NCBI GenBank assembly: GCA_965218425.1
Contig: OZ244621.1
Coordinates: 2,720,001 to 2,784,000, forward strand
From: an uncultured Candidatus Binatia bacterium
GTDB lineage: Bacteria; Desulfobacterota; Binatia; UBA9968; CAXXLF01
DNA: 64,000 nt
Direction of reading: 5' to 3'
Every line of letters starts with the position of its first letter. The first letter of the stretch is position 1. A program made the translations under genes and the position numbers. The notes beneath the pieces are model-generated. The model saw only the letters and a program-made list of their open reading frames with translations. It made no database searches and had not been told where the DNA came from. Positions 30,100 through 39,996 of the stretch are shown in pieces.

Positions 30100-30250
30100 C
30101 CTTGCTGCTCGACCTCGTCATCTGGGCAAACGTCGCCACCGGGTTCGTCGGCCTTGCGGCGTTCCGGGCTCGGTCCCCTTGGCTGCCTCGGGGTGGCGAC
30201 GATATAGCTCCGATTGGCATCCTTGTCACCCCGTCGGAGGTCTCCGTCTG

Positions 30251-30919
30251 ATGCCGTACGACATATTGCTCGTCATACACATTACAGCAGGGTCAGTCGC
30301 CCTGCTCATGGCAGTGATCGCGCTCGTTACAGCGAAAGGTGGGCGTCATCACGTACTGGCGGGAAGGGTTTACGCCTCCGCGATGACAGTAATATTTCTT
30401 ACCGCGTTGCCGCTGGCGATACTCGGCTCAAGCGTATTCCTGCTGCTCATTGCCGTATTCAGCTTCTATCTGGTCTTCGCCGGTTGGCGCTTTGCCCGCA
30501 ACCGCCGCGGACGTCCTCAACCGGTGGACTGGTCTGCCGTCGCGGCAATGGGGGTAACCGGCCTGGCGATGTGGGGCTACGGAATCGCCCTGGCCGCCGG
30601 CGGCGACGACCAATGGGTAACCATGCTCTTTCTCGGCGGCATCGCGGTGGCCCTGAGCCTCGTTGACACCCGATACTATTTTCGCCTCGCCAGGGAGCGG
30701 AGGCCGTCTGGCGGTAGGCGCATCAAGCGGCACCTTACCAATATGCTCGCCGGAACCATCAGCACCGTTACCGCCGTGTTCGTCGTAAATGTAGACACGA
30801 ACCCGGCGTGGCTGGCGTGGATTCTGCCCACAGTCGTCATCACTCCGCTAATCGTCTGGTGGAACATGCGCGTCCGCAGGCGGATGGGCGGACCGGAGCC
30901 GCGTCACGAAGGTGGATAA
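30251..30919 (+). CDS. DUF2306-like membrane protein
   Basis: HITAG, KGGRHH..AGRVY, HLTNM; ATG 30251 overlaps the stop of a 51-aa truncated paralog-like ORF (30096-30251). Confidence 0.75.
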   Translation: MPYDILLVIHITAGSVALLMAVIALVTAKGGRHHVLAGRVYASAMTVIFLTALPLAILGSSVFLLLIAVFSFYLVFAGWRFARNRRGRPQPVDWSAVAAMGVTGLAMWGYGIALAAGGDDQWVTMLFLGGIAVALSLVDTRYYFRLARERRPSGGRRIKRHLTNMLAGTISTVTAVFVVNVDTNPAWLAWILPTVVITPLIVWWNMRVRRRMGGPEPRHEGG

Positions 30920-30969
30920 TCGCCCACCCGGGCGGCTGCCATTTCGGCGCGCTTCATCTGCCTTGCTGC

Positions 30970-30997
30970 CGTCATCCCGGTGAAAGCTGGAATCCAG
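30970..30997 (+). repeat. CGTC-type REP-like palindrome
   Basis: CGTCATCCCGGTGAAAGCTGGAATCCAG. Confidence 0.5.
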
Positions 30998-31184
30998 TCC
31001 CTCCACAAAGCTCAGCACACATCTGAAGGCAGTCTTTATCGCGTCCTCTGGGCTTGGGCTTGCTGCGTATTGGATCGCCGGGACGCAATTAATGAGCTAT
31101 TGAATTGCGTCTGGTGCGCTTAGAAGCTCTTTTGAAAGGGGAGCAGTGGCCGTTATGGATCGCCGTAAGGGACAGAGCCAGTGC

Positions 31185-31250
31185 TCACCTGGTATGACAA
31201 GCGGGTCTGTTTCATAGACCTTTTGGATGAACAGTCGGGTCATATGCTTT
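31185..31250 (-). pseudogene. Short remnant resembling the C-terminus of IS91-like transposases
   Basis: TRLFIQKVYETDPLV resembles the WARLIQKVYEVDPL.CP motif. Confidence 0.5.
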
Positions 31251-31323
31251 CTCTCGACACCCTTTGAATGTTTCTTCACTCGTGCTAGGATCTTAATAGT
31301 CTTCGAAGTTCCTCAAAGGATAA

Positions 31324-32100
31324 ATGAGTATCCAACAAACAAACCTAGAAAATCATTCTTTAAGGCCGGAGAAAGTAACATTTACCGGAGGGCAAGGTGA
31401 GCTCGCTGGTTTTTTCTTTTTACCTCCGGGTAGAGGACCATTTCCTTGTGTAATAGACAATCACGGTAGTGGCATATCTCCTGGGACAACCGACCTATCA
31501 CACCCGCAAACAGCAGCATTATTTTTATCTTGGGGTTGTGCTTATTTTTTCCCGCACCGTGCCGGATATGGTGATTCATCAGGGACACCACTCGCAGAAG
31601 CAGTTTCTGCCGCGCGGGGTACAACAGAACATGATCATCAGTTGTCTGAAAGGCTTAAAATGGAGAACCGCGATGTTATTGCAGCGCTTAACTTTGCATC
31701 GACACGCGGAGAGATAGATGAAACACGTATTGTAGTTATGGGAAGTTCGCTGGGCGGAATCCATACTTTGTTAGCCCTCGCCGCGGATACCCGTTGGCAA
31801 TGTGGAATTGATTTTTCTGGTGGTGCCAGCCAGTGGGCGCAACACCCTAAGATAAAACAAATGCTATTAGACGCGGTAGCTGCCCTAACACAACCTATTT
31901 TCTTAATTCAGCCCAAAAACGATTTCAATATTGCGCCAACGAATGAGTTAGGTGCGTTATTAAAAGAGGGTCGCCATAAATATATAGCAAAAATCTTTCC
32001 ACCGTGGGGTACAGATGGAATTGAGGCCCATAGATTTTGTGCTGCAGGACAACAAATTTGGGGTCCGGACGTGAAAGAATTTCTTAAGGAATTTATATAG
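31324..32100 (+). CDS. Alpha/beta hydrolase (dienelactone hydrolase / S9-like)
   Basis: NHGS, R.GYGDS.G, nucleophile elbow GSSLGG, late Asp and His; lower GC than its neighbours. Confidence 0.85.
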   Translation: MSIQQTNLENHSLRPEKVTFTGGQGELAGFFFLPPGRGPFPCVIDNHGSGISPGTTDLSHPQTAALFLSWGCAYFFPHRAGYGDSSGTPLAEAVSAARGTTEHDHQLSERLKMENRDVIAALNFASTRGEIDETRIVVMGSSLGGIHTLLALAADTRWQCGIDFSGGASQWAQHPKIKQMLLDAVAALTQPIFLIQPKNDFNIAPTNELGALLKEGRHKYIAKIFPPWGTDGIEAHRFCAAGQQIWGPDVKEFLKEFI

Positions 32101-32219
32101 AAATAAACAAATTTGCCCGGCATTTGGTTGAACAAGAAAAGCTGGACTGCCACCGGAGGAAAGACCTTTCGTAAAACTCACACACATTCCATCTTCAAAA
32201 AGAAAAGAATTAGAACGGT

Positions 32220-32277
32220 AATCAAGTGGTTGATAACACTAGAGAGGAGAGTTGGTGGGACCACCTGGATTCGAACC
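32220..32277 (-). other. att-like scar: 25-nt tRNA 3' end with adjacent IHF consensus
   Basis: Minus strand GGTTCGAATCCAGGTGGTCCCACCA (32277-32253); AATCAAGTGGTTG (32220-32232) matches WATCAANNNNTTR. Confidence 0.7.
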
Positions 32278-32430
32278 GCGACAGCGAGAAAAACAAGGGT
32301 AGGCGAAAAGGCTAGCAACTCCGCGTAGGTTCTGGGAAAGCTGGCTATTTATGCTGTTGGTCCACCATCCCAAAACGTTCCTCAAAAACCCCATTGATCC
32401 CTTTAAAACCGAAACCGTTTCGGTGGAGGC

Positions 32431-32550
32431 CGGCGTCGGGCCTGCCTTTTTGCTATTTTTGGTTTCCTCCCTTTTCGGATTCCGGCTTCTATCGCACCGA
32501 TTCTCTCTTGGAATGTCCTGTCCGTTTGGACGCGGTGTTCTAAAGCATGG
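32431..32550 (-). repeat. Dispersed repeat, R segment (3' end of RAYT-like transposase gene)
   Basis: Encodes LEHRVQTDRTFQERIG.I.AGIRKGRKP.IA.RQA; homologous to the other R copies. Confidence 0.85.
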
Positions 32551-32571
32551 ACTGGGTGAAACGGGTATATT

Positions 32572-33287
32572 TTACGTTCGATGAGGGAGAAGCGTAGACC
32601 TGATGCACGTCTGCTTAGCTCCAAAGCGGGATGTCTCGATGCTTTTGACGAAGCGCGGAAAGGCGCTGATAGCATCGAAAATGAACCGCGCCTCGGCCTG
32701 GTCGATAAGGTCGTTGTCGTGGGCGAAAGACACGTTGTTGCGTATGTCATTGAACTGCTCGAAGACGCTGATGGCGCTCTTGATAATGCGCCGTGTGATC
32801 TCGCGAAGTTCGCACTCCTGTTCGATCGCCTTGACATGCTTGCCGACCCGGCTTTGCAGCGGATCATTGCGATCCGAGGCGATGGCCCGCTCCCCAAGGA
32901 GGTGAGCGAATTTCTTCATGCAATAGGTGTGCAGGCGATCAAGCGCTGCCGCCGCCTTCTATCCGGGAGATTAGATCAAAGAACCGCGTTGTTAGCGTGT
33001 CGGTTTCAGGGGAAAGGCTCTGGTAACGCGGCAGACTCTCCCCGTGCTGCCACAAGGCGCGTGCTACCTTCGCGACGGTGTATTCGTCCTCGGTCTTGAC
33101 GAAGGCTCGGAGACGCCTCGCCTTCGAGGGGCCGTTGAAGCGGTATTTCTCCTGATAAATTTCAATGCCGAATTCATCCTCGAAAAAATTCCGCCATTGT
33201 GCGGTCAGAGAAATCCGGCACGTAACCGTCATGCATGTCGAAAGCGTCATCGAAAACCCGCCATGCGGAGCGTTTCAGCGAAACCAT
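32572..33287 (-). pseudogene. Frameshifted abortive-infection family gene (AbiJ-like N-terminus plus Abi_C-like C-terminus)
   Basis: MVSLKRS..DM.DGYV.DFSDRTMAEFF / EDEFGIEIY..SKARRLRAF / FNDIRNN.SFAHDN, spread over several frames. Confidence 0.7.
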
Positions 33288-33342
33288 GCGTCGCTCCCTG
33301 TAGTGCGCGGCGCTGGCCCTTCGGCCGATACGGCTGTGCCTT

Positions 33343-34743
33343 TCACCTGCTCCAGGCCTCTTGCCATGCCGTGAACTCGGACGGCCTGATCTGGTAGCGC
33401 GCGAAATTTCCCTCGTGCAGGCTCAGAAGCTCTCTCTCGGCGATCTCGCGAAACCGCTCGCGATCCTGCTGTTCGATATGCTCTTGTGTCCACGCGCTGA
33501 CGTGGGCGGTGGCCTGCTTCTTGTCCATGCGCCTGCGAACGACCGTGCCGACAACCTCGCGCAGCGCCGTCCGGTGCCGCATCCGAAATGGATCGGGCTC
33601 GCCCAGCGACTGCCTTACCGCAGCGTAGCGGGCGGCGGATCGCTTATAGGCCCAGATGAACACGTCGTGAAGCAACTCTATGCGGTTCAGTTCGTACACG
33701 CCGAGCACGGCTTCGGTATAGATGTCCCGCGGCACATCCTCGAAGGACAACGGCGATAGATTCGCCTTGATCAGTGGAATGTTTGCAGAGAGTCGCGACA
33801 CTCGCTTGTTGACATCATCGAACGGCTGCAAGTAGGGAAGCTGCGCCATTACGAAGAAGGCCTGCTCGAACGGATCGATGATCGCTGAGGCGGTGGCGAG
33901 AATCTGATCGAAGCACTCTTCGATGATCTGCGGCACTTCCAGCGGACGAAAGACCGAGCCTTCGATAGCGACGCCGATATGCCGGAGTCGGCCCGCCGCA
34001 TCCGGGTCGGCAAGCAGGTTGCCCGCCAGCAGCGCATGAAGGTTGAGAATAGTGTAGCGATTGAAACCGATCTCCTCCGCCGCGCCGACCAGAAACTCGA
34101 TCGCGTCCTTGTGGTTAAGGATCATCTGCGCCTCGATTCGTTGCTTCCCTTCCGCTTCTTTGCCAAGATCGATCAAACGCTTGGTATCGAGCAGCGAATA
34201 GGTGTTGCCCTCAAGACGGCTTGAGTTCCAGGATAGATCGATCAGCAGCCTGTTCAAAATCTGCTTGGCATAGGTCCCGGCGGGCTGTTCGGCGATCTTC
34301 GGCCTGCCGGCCTCCTCGAGGAGCGCTCGGTCCGCTCGCGAGAGATAGAAGGTGTCGTTGGGCCGGTACGAATCGAGGAACGCGCGGTCATAGCCAACCG
34401 GCATACGGGCCTCGGGCGGCCGGCGGACATACTCCTGAATCTCGGCGCCGGGCTCGGAGAGTGGCGGCAAGACTTCGAGCCGCGCACTGGCTGTGGAGTT
34501 TCCCGCGCCCGCTCGGACCGCTCGCCAGATCACTCGTGGCACGCGATAGCGCGCCCAGCGGCCCTTGCCCTCCATAACCAGGCGCTTGCTGTCGACGAGG
34601 GACTTGAGGCGGTATTGCAGGGTCCGGCGTGGCGGAGCGGACTCCAGCGCATCGTTGATCTGCTGAGCGGTCATGCCTTCCGGGCGCTGCCGCATAGCCT
34701 CCTCGATCGCCTGCAAATACTCTTCCTGAATGCGCTTTGCCAC
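33343..34743 (-). CDS. Fic family protein with N-terminal HTH
   Basis: SSRLEGN inhibitory-type motif and variant Fic motif QPFDDVNKR. Confidence 0.9.
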   Translation of the reverse strand: MAKRIQEEYLQAIEEAMRQRPEGMTAQQINDALESAPPRRTLQYRLKSLVDSKRLVMEGKGRWARYRVPRVIWRAVRAGAGNSTASARLEVLPPLSEPGAEIQEYVRRPPEARMPVGYDRAFLDSYRPNDTFYLSRADRALLEEAGRPKIAEQPAGTYAKQILNRLLIDLSWNSSRLEGNTYSLLDTKRLIDLGKEAEGKQRIEAQMILNHKDAIEFLVGAAEEIGFNRYTILNLHALLAGNLLADPDAAGRLRHIGVAIEGSVFRPLEVPQIIEECFDQILATASAIIDPFEQAFFVMAQLPYLQPFDDVNKRVSRLSANIPLIKANLSPLSFEDVPRDIYTEAVLGVYELNRIELLHDVFIWAYKRSAARYAAVRQSLGEPDPFRMRHRTALREVVGTVVRRRMDKKQATAHVSAWTQEHIEQQDRERFREIAERELLSLHEGNFARYQIRPSEFTAWQEAWSR

Positions 34744-34998
34744 CTTGTTTCTCTTTATTCTGCGTAAGCTTTTTCACTCAATTTAAACCATTTACGCGCA
34801 ACTTCCAAGTTTATACGCAAAACTTCCTGCGCATATCCTCTAATCTTGCGTATGGGACGTTAGGCGCAGGTTTGATGCAACCATTTCCATCAAAGCGAAG
34901 CTGCGCAGGCAAAGCCCGGAGTCCATGTTCTGCCCACGGCCGGGTACTATTCAGCCCAACCCTCGGAGAGTTCAAAAGCCTCCCGGGCGGCGGTCGAC

Positions 34999-35217
34999 AA
35001 AGGGGTCAAGCTCCGGCACGATGGCGGTTGTAGTGGCCGTCAAACCTGAAAGGAGAAGACCCCATGCTTTACGTCGGGATAGACCATCACTAACGATACG
35101 CTTAGGTATGCCATCAACGAGAAATGGACAGGACATTCCAAAAGAGAATCGGCACGATGCAAGCTGGAATCCGAAAGGGAAGGAAACCTAAAATAGCAAT
35201 AAGGCAAGCCCGAGCCC
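34999..35217 (+). mobile_element. Chimeric MITE-like element (L: IS110 5' end; R: RAYT-like 3' end)
   Basis: GGGGTCAAGCTCC...GAAAGGAG..ATGCTTTACGTCGGG followed by the R segment; internally deleted. Confidence 0.8.
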
Positions 35218-35319
35218 GCAATGCTATTCTGATGTCGCAACGGCAATGCGGAGTTCGGGGATGCTCATACATAGCTTGACTCACACACCGAAGACCCGCG
35301 TCAAGATTTTTCTCAAACT

Positions 35320-35820
35320 TTAATACTTGATCATGGAGAAAATGATCGAAGGCACCAGTGGTTCACCGGCCGGCTGGATAGCTTCAATGCACATATTCGC
35401 CTTTGGGTTATTGGCTGACATCATGACTTCTAAAACATCACCCGCCTTCAGTGGGACGATTCCCTGCGATATGATGACGTCTTTCGCCATGCTGTCGGCA
35501 TCCTGACACAGCTGTACATTGGAATTCGCTACATCCTTCCCATTGACACGCAACCACAAGTCAAAACACCCAAGGGGTCCTCCACCTTCGCGGCCAACTT
35601 GGGGCGCAGCGACTATCAGATAGGCTCCAGCTTCACTCACGGTGATTTTGTTGTTTTTTATGGCAAGGCCATTGGCTGCATCCGTTATATCCATTTTAAC
35701 CACCTCGGGTGCCTTGCCCGGGCACTGGGTAATCGTTGAGGATGCCTGCAAATACTGGGCGGCGCTTGCCATACTCACGGATGCCAAAAATACAAACAGT
35801 GTAGAGATAATCTTCTTCAT
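35320..35820 (-). CDS. Secreted hypothetical protein, possibly C1q/TNF-like jelly roll
   Basis: Signal peptide MKKIISTLFVFLASVSMASA; ITVSEAGAYLI, LRVNG, L.AGDVLEV. Confidence 0.65.
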   Translation of the reverse strand: MKKIISTLFVFLASVSMASAAQYLQASSTITQCPGKAPEVVKMDITDAANGLAIKNNKITVSEAGAYLIVAAPQVGREGGGPLGCFDLWLRVNGKDVANSNVQLCQDADSMAKDVIISQGIVPLKAGDVLEVMMSANNPKANMCIEAIQPAGEPLVPSIIFSMIKY

Positions 35821-36879
35821 GCTCTTTCGCTCCTTTCCAATAAGAAAACCTGTTCGAATCGGAATTTGGCACGTGAACCAAACTTTATATAGATCCGCTT
35901 CGGCTGTCAAGAACACGTCTGAATTGTCTGCCTGCTTCGGTTCTGACCCCGGATTTCGAGGCCGGGGCCGCTCGGGATGCCCGCCGAAAAGGATCACCAC
36001 AAGCGGGAGTGGGTAACGGGAAATGCGGTCCTCTCAATGGGAAGGCACCGGAGCGCGGCGCGGATCGGTGTTGCCTTTACCACTCTCCGCGTTGCGTTAT
36101 GTGGGCGTAAACGAGTTAGCTTCCAGAGTGTCCATCATTTCGTTCGCAAGACATGCCCACTTCTACTCGGGATGGCGGCGTTCCAATGAGGGGGGATTCG
36201 TGAGGCGCTGCCTGCCCCGATTTAACGGCCCTTTAAGGCCCGTTTTTCGAGCCCTGAATGCCCTTTAAAATCCAGCCGGTTTCCGGCCCGTTTCTATCTA
36301 ATTTTGTCGGAATTTCCAATTATTTCCATCCGCCCACAACGCCGCAGCCCAAGTCGCGGGGGTCATCGCAAAAGTCGTGGGATTCAAGGCCGAGCCGCTG
36401 CCGTTGCAGGCTGAGGCCGAAGCGTTCCATGGGACAGAAAGACGGGGCGGCGCCGAGGGTGAGTACGCGCGGACCGCGCCCCCAGATCCATGGGACACTC
36501 CCCCGGATGGAGACCGAAGAAACTCCAAGCCGTCACCTGGCGATCTGCGAAAAAACAGGATGACACGCGGCACCCTCGCCCCGGACAATCTGAATTGGCG
36601 CTGATTCCCGAACCACCTTGGGCCTGCTTGGTCCGATTGCGTCGGCTGGTCCACTCGATCTCGGCCGGGGTGGGCCAAGGTATTGCGTAATGGCCGCCGG
36701 GGACATGATGGATGCGCGTACCGTCGCAGGCGCCAACGCCGTCATCGCCCTGCGATGTTGCAAACTCAGCGGACGCTTCGAGAACTTCCGGGAACGACGG
36801 GCCACCGCCGGAAAACGCACGATCACAAATCCGACCTGCGCCCGCAAGCCGGACAGAAAGGGATAAACCGCGTATGGGT

Positions 36880-38460
36880 TTACCGCAGTACGAACTGAAC
36901 CGGGACAACCAGCACAACCTGTGTCCGATCCAAGCTGTCAGGAATCCGTGGTAGCGGCTGAGCGCGTTTGATCATTGCAATAGCCGCCCGGTCCAATAAA
37001 TCATAGCCGCTGCTCCTCTTGATCCGGTAATCCCGCAAGCGCCCGTCTCGATCTATCACGAAATAGAGATAAACCGTGCCTTCTTGACGGCGAGATCGGG
37101 CTCTTCTGGGATATTCTTTGTATTTCTCCAACCATGCTTGCAGCCGCGCCATGTAATCCGCCCGTGCGCCGGCCATGCCGCCGTCGCCGATGGAGCTGGG
37201 ACCGGCCCCGGCACCCGATCGGCCAAGCGCACCCGGTACCGCAACCGATTCGATTTCCACGGCAGTCGCAACGGTCTCGGCCCGCGCGGCCTCGACAAGG
37301 GTCGCGGCGGCCGGGGTCACCGCCTCCACCTCCAGGGGATCCCGTGGCGGCGCACCGGTCTCCTCAGCCAGGCGCGGCGCCAAAGTCGGCCCGGGCGACG
37401 TCGCTTCGACCAACTCCGCAGGCGACGCCTGTTCTACCGGCTGTGGCGCAACCGATCCGATCTCCACGGCAGTCGCGGCGGTCTCGGCCCGCGCGGCCTC
37501 GACAAGGGTCGTGGCGGCCGGGGTCACCGCCTCCACCTCCAGGGGATCCCGTGGCGGCGCACCGGCCTCCTCAGCCAGGCGCGGCGCCAAAGTCGGCCCG
37601 GGCGACGTCGCTTCGACCAACTCCGCAGGCGACGCCTGTTCTACCGGCTGTGGCGCAACCGATCCGATCTCCACGGCAGTCCCGGCGGTCTCGGCCCGCG
37701 CGGTTTCGACAAGGGTCGCGGCGGCCGGGGTCACCGCCTCCACCTCCAGGGGATCCCGTGGCGGCGCACCGGTCTCCTCAGCCAGGCGCGGCGCCAAAGT
37801 CGGCCCGGGCGACGTCGCTTCGACCAACTCCGCAGGCGACGCCTGTTCTACCGGCTGTGGCGCAACCGATCCGATCTCCACGGCAGTCGCGGCGGTCTCG
37901 GCCCGCGCGGCTTCGACAAGGGTCGTGGCGGCCGGGGTCACCGCCTCCACCTCCAGGGGATCCCGTGGCGGCGCACCGGCCTCCTCAGCCAGGCGCGGCG
38001 CCAAAGTCGGCCCGGGCGACGTCGCTTCGACCAACTCTGCAGGCGACGCCTGTTCTACCGGCTGTGGCGCAACCGATCCGATCTCTACGGCAGTCCCGGC
38101 GGTCTCGGCCCGCGCGGCCTCGATCTCGGCTGGCTTCACCATCTCCGGCACGACGGGTTCTACGGCCAGTGCCGGAACCGGCGCCGGTGACATTGTGACC
38201 GTCTTTTCACTAGGTCCTTGCAGGGCGGTTTCGGTGGCGACCACCCGCTCCGCCTCAAGTATCCTCGTGATCGTTCCGGCAACGCTGCCTGGTTGAGCGA
38301 CGGCAGAGCCAAGCGATATCTCGATCCCGGCCGGTTCGGTGCTCTCGGTACTTTCGGTCCAGCGGATATTCGGCTGCCACAACAGTCCCGCCATCACGAT
38401 GACATGCATCAGCACGGCCGATGAAAACGCCATCATCCAATGGTACCGGCCGATTCGCAT
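36880..38460 (-). CDS. tonB: TonB family energy transducer with repeat-expanded linker
   Basis: TM helix with S..MH motif; C-terminal YPRRAR.RRQEGTV..F.IDRDG..SSG..LLDRAA. Confidence 0.88.
   Translation of the reverse strand: MRIGRYHWMMAFSSAVLMHVIVMAGLLWQPNIRWTESTESTEPAGIEISLGSAVAQPGSVAGTITRILEAERVVATETALQGPSEKTVTMSPAPVPALAVEPVVPEMVKPAEIEAARAETAGTAVEIGSVAPQPVEQASPAELVEATSPGPTLAPRLAEEAGAPPRDPLEVEAVTPAATTLVEAARAETAATAVEIGSVAPQPVEQASPAELVEATSPGPTLAPRLAEETGAPPRDPLEVEAVTPAAATLVETARAETAGTAVEIGSVAPQPVEQASPAELVEATSPGPTLAPRLAEEAGAPPRDPLEVEAVTPAATTLVEAARAETAATAVEIGSVAPQPVEQASPAELVEATSPGPTLAPRLAEETGAPPRDPLEVEAVTPAAATLVEAARAETVATAVEIESVAVPGALGRSGAGAGPSSIGDGGMAGARADYMARLQAWLEKYKEYPRRARSRRQEGTVYLYFVIDRDGRLRDYRIKRSSGYDLLDRAAIAMIKRAQPLPRIPDSLDRTQVVLVVPVQFVLR
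37246..38124. repeat. About 4.2 x 207-bp tandem repeat (69 aa) inside tonB
   Basis: GGTCTCGGCCCGCGCGG starts at 37273, 37480, 37687, 37894 and 38101. Confidence 0.95.
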
Positions 38461-38528
38461 CAGCGTTTTCCGGGCAAGGTGAGAAGGTGGAGTTTCTCAA
38501 CTCCGGCATCGCGCAACAACTCCATCAC
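38460..38528 (-). pseudogene. ExbD C-terminal remnant
   Basis: VMELLRDAGVEKLHLLTLPGKR*, with its TGA overlapping the tonB ATG; cut off at the repeat terminus. Confidence 0.75.
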
Positions 38529-38902
38529 AAAGGGGTCAAATCTTTTGTTGACAAATAACATCTTCCGGATTTTCCCGCCGCCTCCGAAATCTTCCAGCCG
38601 CCCCGCGCTTTAAGTGAATCCCAAAATCGGCGTCATGCTCGCCTTCTTGCTATTCTGGGTTTCCTTTCCTCTCGGATTCCGGCTTGCATCGTGCCGATTC
38701 TCTTTTGGAATGTCCTGTCCGTTTGCACGCGGTGTTCTAAAGCATGTATGCGATCCTATCTCGTCGATTGCATTTTCCCGGGCGTATCGTTTGTGATGGT
38801 CTAACCCGACGTAAAGCATGGGGTCTGCTCCTTTCAGGTTTGACGGCCGTTGCAACCGCCATCCTGCTGGAGCTTGCCCCCTTTTTCATGTTGCCTGATC
38901 CC
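38529..38902. mobile_element. Repeat C (+) fused to a full L+R MITE (-)
   Basis: GGGGTCAAATCTTTTGTTGACAAATAACATCTTCCGG... followed by the inverted R+L unit. Confidence 0.85.
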
Positions 38903-39052
38903 GATTTCTGATCGTCGGGGTGTCTCGACACTCCCCCAGTCTCCGCCGGAACAAAGATCCCAAGACCGCCACACCACGATCACCCGGAAGGCCGATCACG
39001 AAACCCACGCCGCCCATAAAGGCGGGCAAGACGCGGAGATCGACGGTCGTCA

Positions 39053-39508
39053 TTACGAGACGCCCAGGATGAGCCCCAGCGCCATCGTGGCAATCGCTAT
39101 CGTCGCGACGCCCCAGACGATACTGCGAAGCCAGCCGACTCCTGTGGCATAAGCGGGCAGGTAGACGACCCGGCTGCCGAACCATATCCACCCGCCGTAT
39201 GAGGTCAGTTCGTTGGCGCGGCCGGACAGCTCGGCGGCAATGAGCACCGCCAGGGCGGCGGGCAGCGTTTCGAGGTAATTCGCGAACGCGCGCCGCATGC
39301 GGCCGCTCAACGGGGTCTCGCGTGGCGGACCGTCACGAGCGCCGAACGCCCAAGCGTTTCCCGCGGCGCCCCATTGCGTCAATCCATGTGCGATGAGATG
39401 GACAAACAACCACGCTCCCGCAAGCACGATCAGCAGGACTTCGTCGGTCACTGTTTCCTCCCTTCGACCTTGACTACGTTTTGCCGCAAGGCGGCCTTTG
39501 ACGGCCAC
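39053..39508 (-). CDS. MAPEG family membrane protein
   Basis: GRMRRAFANYLETLP, SRVVYLPAY..G...RS.VW; true start probably near 39450. Confidence 0.85.
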   Translation of the reverse strand: MAVKGRLAAKRSQGRREETVTDEVLLIVLAGAWLFVHLIAHGLTQWGAAGNAWAFGARDGPPRETPLSGRMRRAFANYLETLPAALAVLIAAELSGRANELTSYGGWIWFGSRVVYLPAYATGVGWLRSIVWGVATIAIATMALGLILGVS

Positions 39509-39720
39509 TCGGGCTTGGCGTCAAGGCTCACGTCCTCCTCGGCTTGGCCCTCGTTGGCCGATAGTTGTACAGCCTCACCGTCACGGTGGGGCGGTCATCG
39601 GATTCAGGCATGGGGCCTCCCGAAAGGGCAGGAGTCATGTCGCCGCCACTTCTTTATTAGGTTTATATTATGACACAAATAAAACCATTGATGCATCAAG
39701 AACCGCTGACAATCCGGAAA

Positions 39721-39848
39721 GAAGAGTTACGGTGCTTTAGGCCGGGCGTGCCATGGGATTCACTTAAAGCGTGAGGCGGCTGGAAGATTTCGCAGGCGGC
39801 TGGAAGATCCGGAAGATGTTATTTGTCAACAAAAGATTTGAACCCTTT
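39721..39848 (-). repeat. Repeat C (5' end of RAYT-like element)
   Basis: Inverted copy ending ...TTTGTCAACAAAAGATTTGAACCC; includes ATGGCACGCCCGGCC. Confidence 0.85.
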
Positions 39849-39996
39849 ACCGGCAATCTCCACGGTGTCGGAGTCGATGAGGCGAGTCGCGCCGGTCGGA
39901 GTTTCGGCACTGGCAGGCGCCACGCGCAGTAGGGCCGGCAAAGCAGTTCTCATAATTGGACTCTTCTTAGAGAAACGTGCTGAGACACGGCGAGAC

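Noticed and set aside
36190..36340. Possible terminus of a Mu-like transposable phage
   Set aside because: Impression only; no phage genes or matching second end in the window.
37084..38296. Three long plus-strand ORFs with repeats
   Set aside because: Antisense shadows of the GC-rich tonB tandem repeat.
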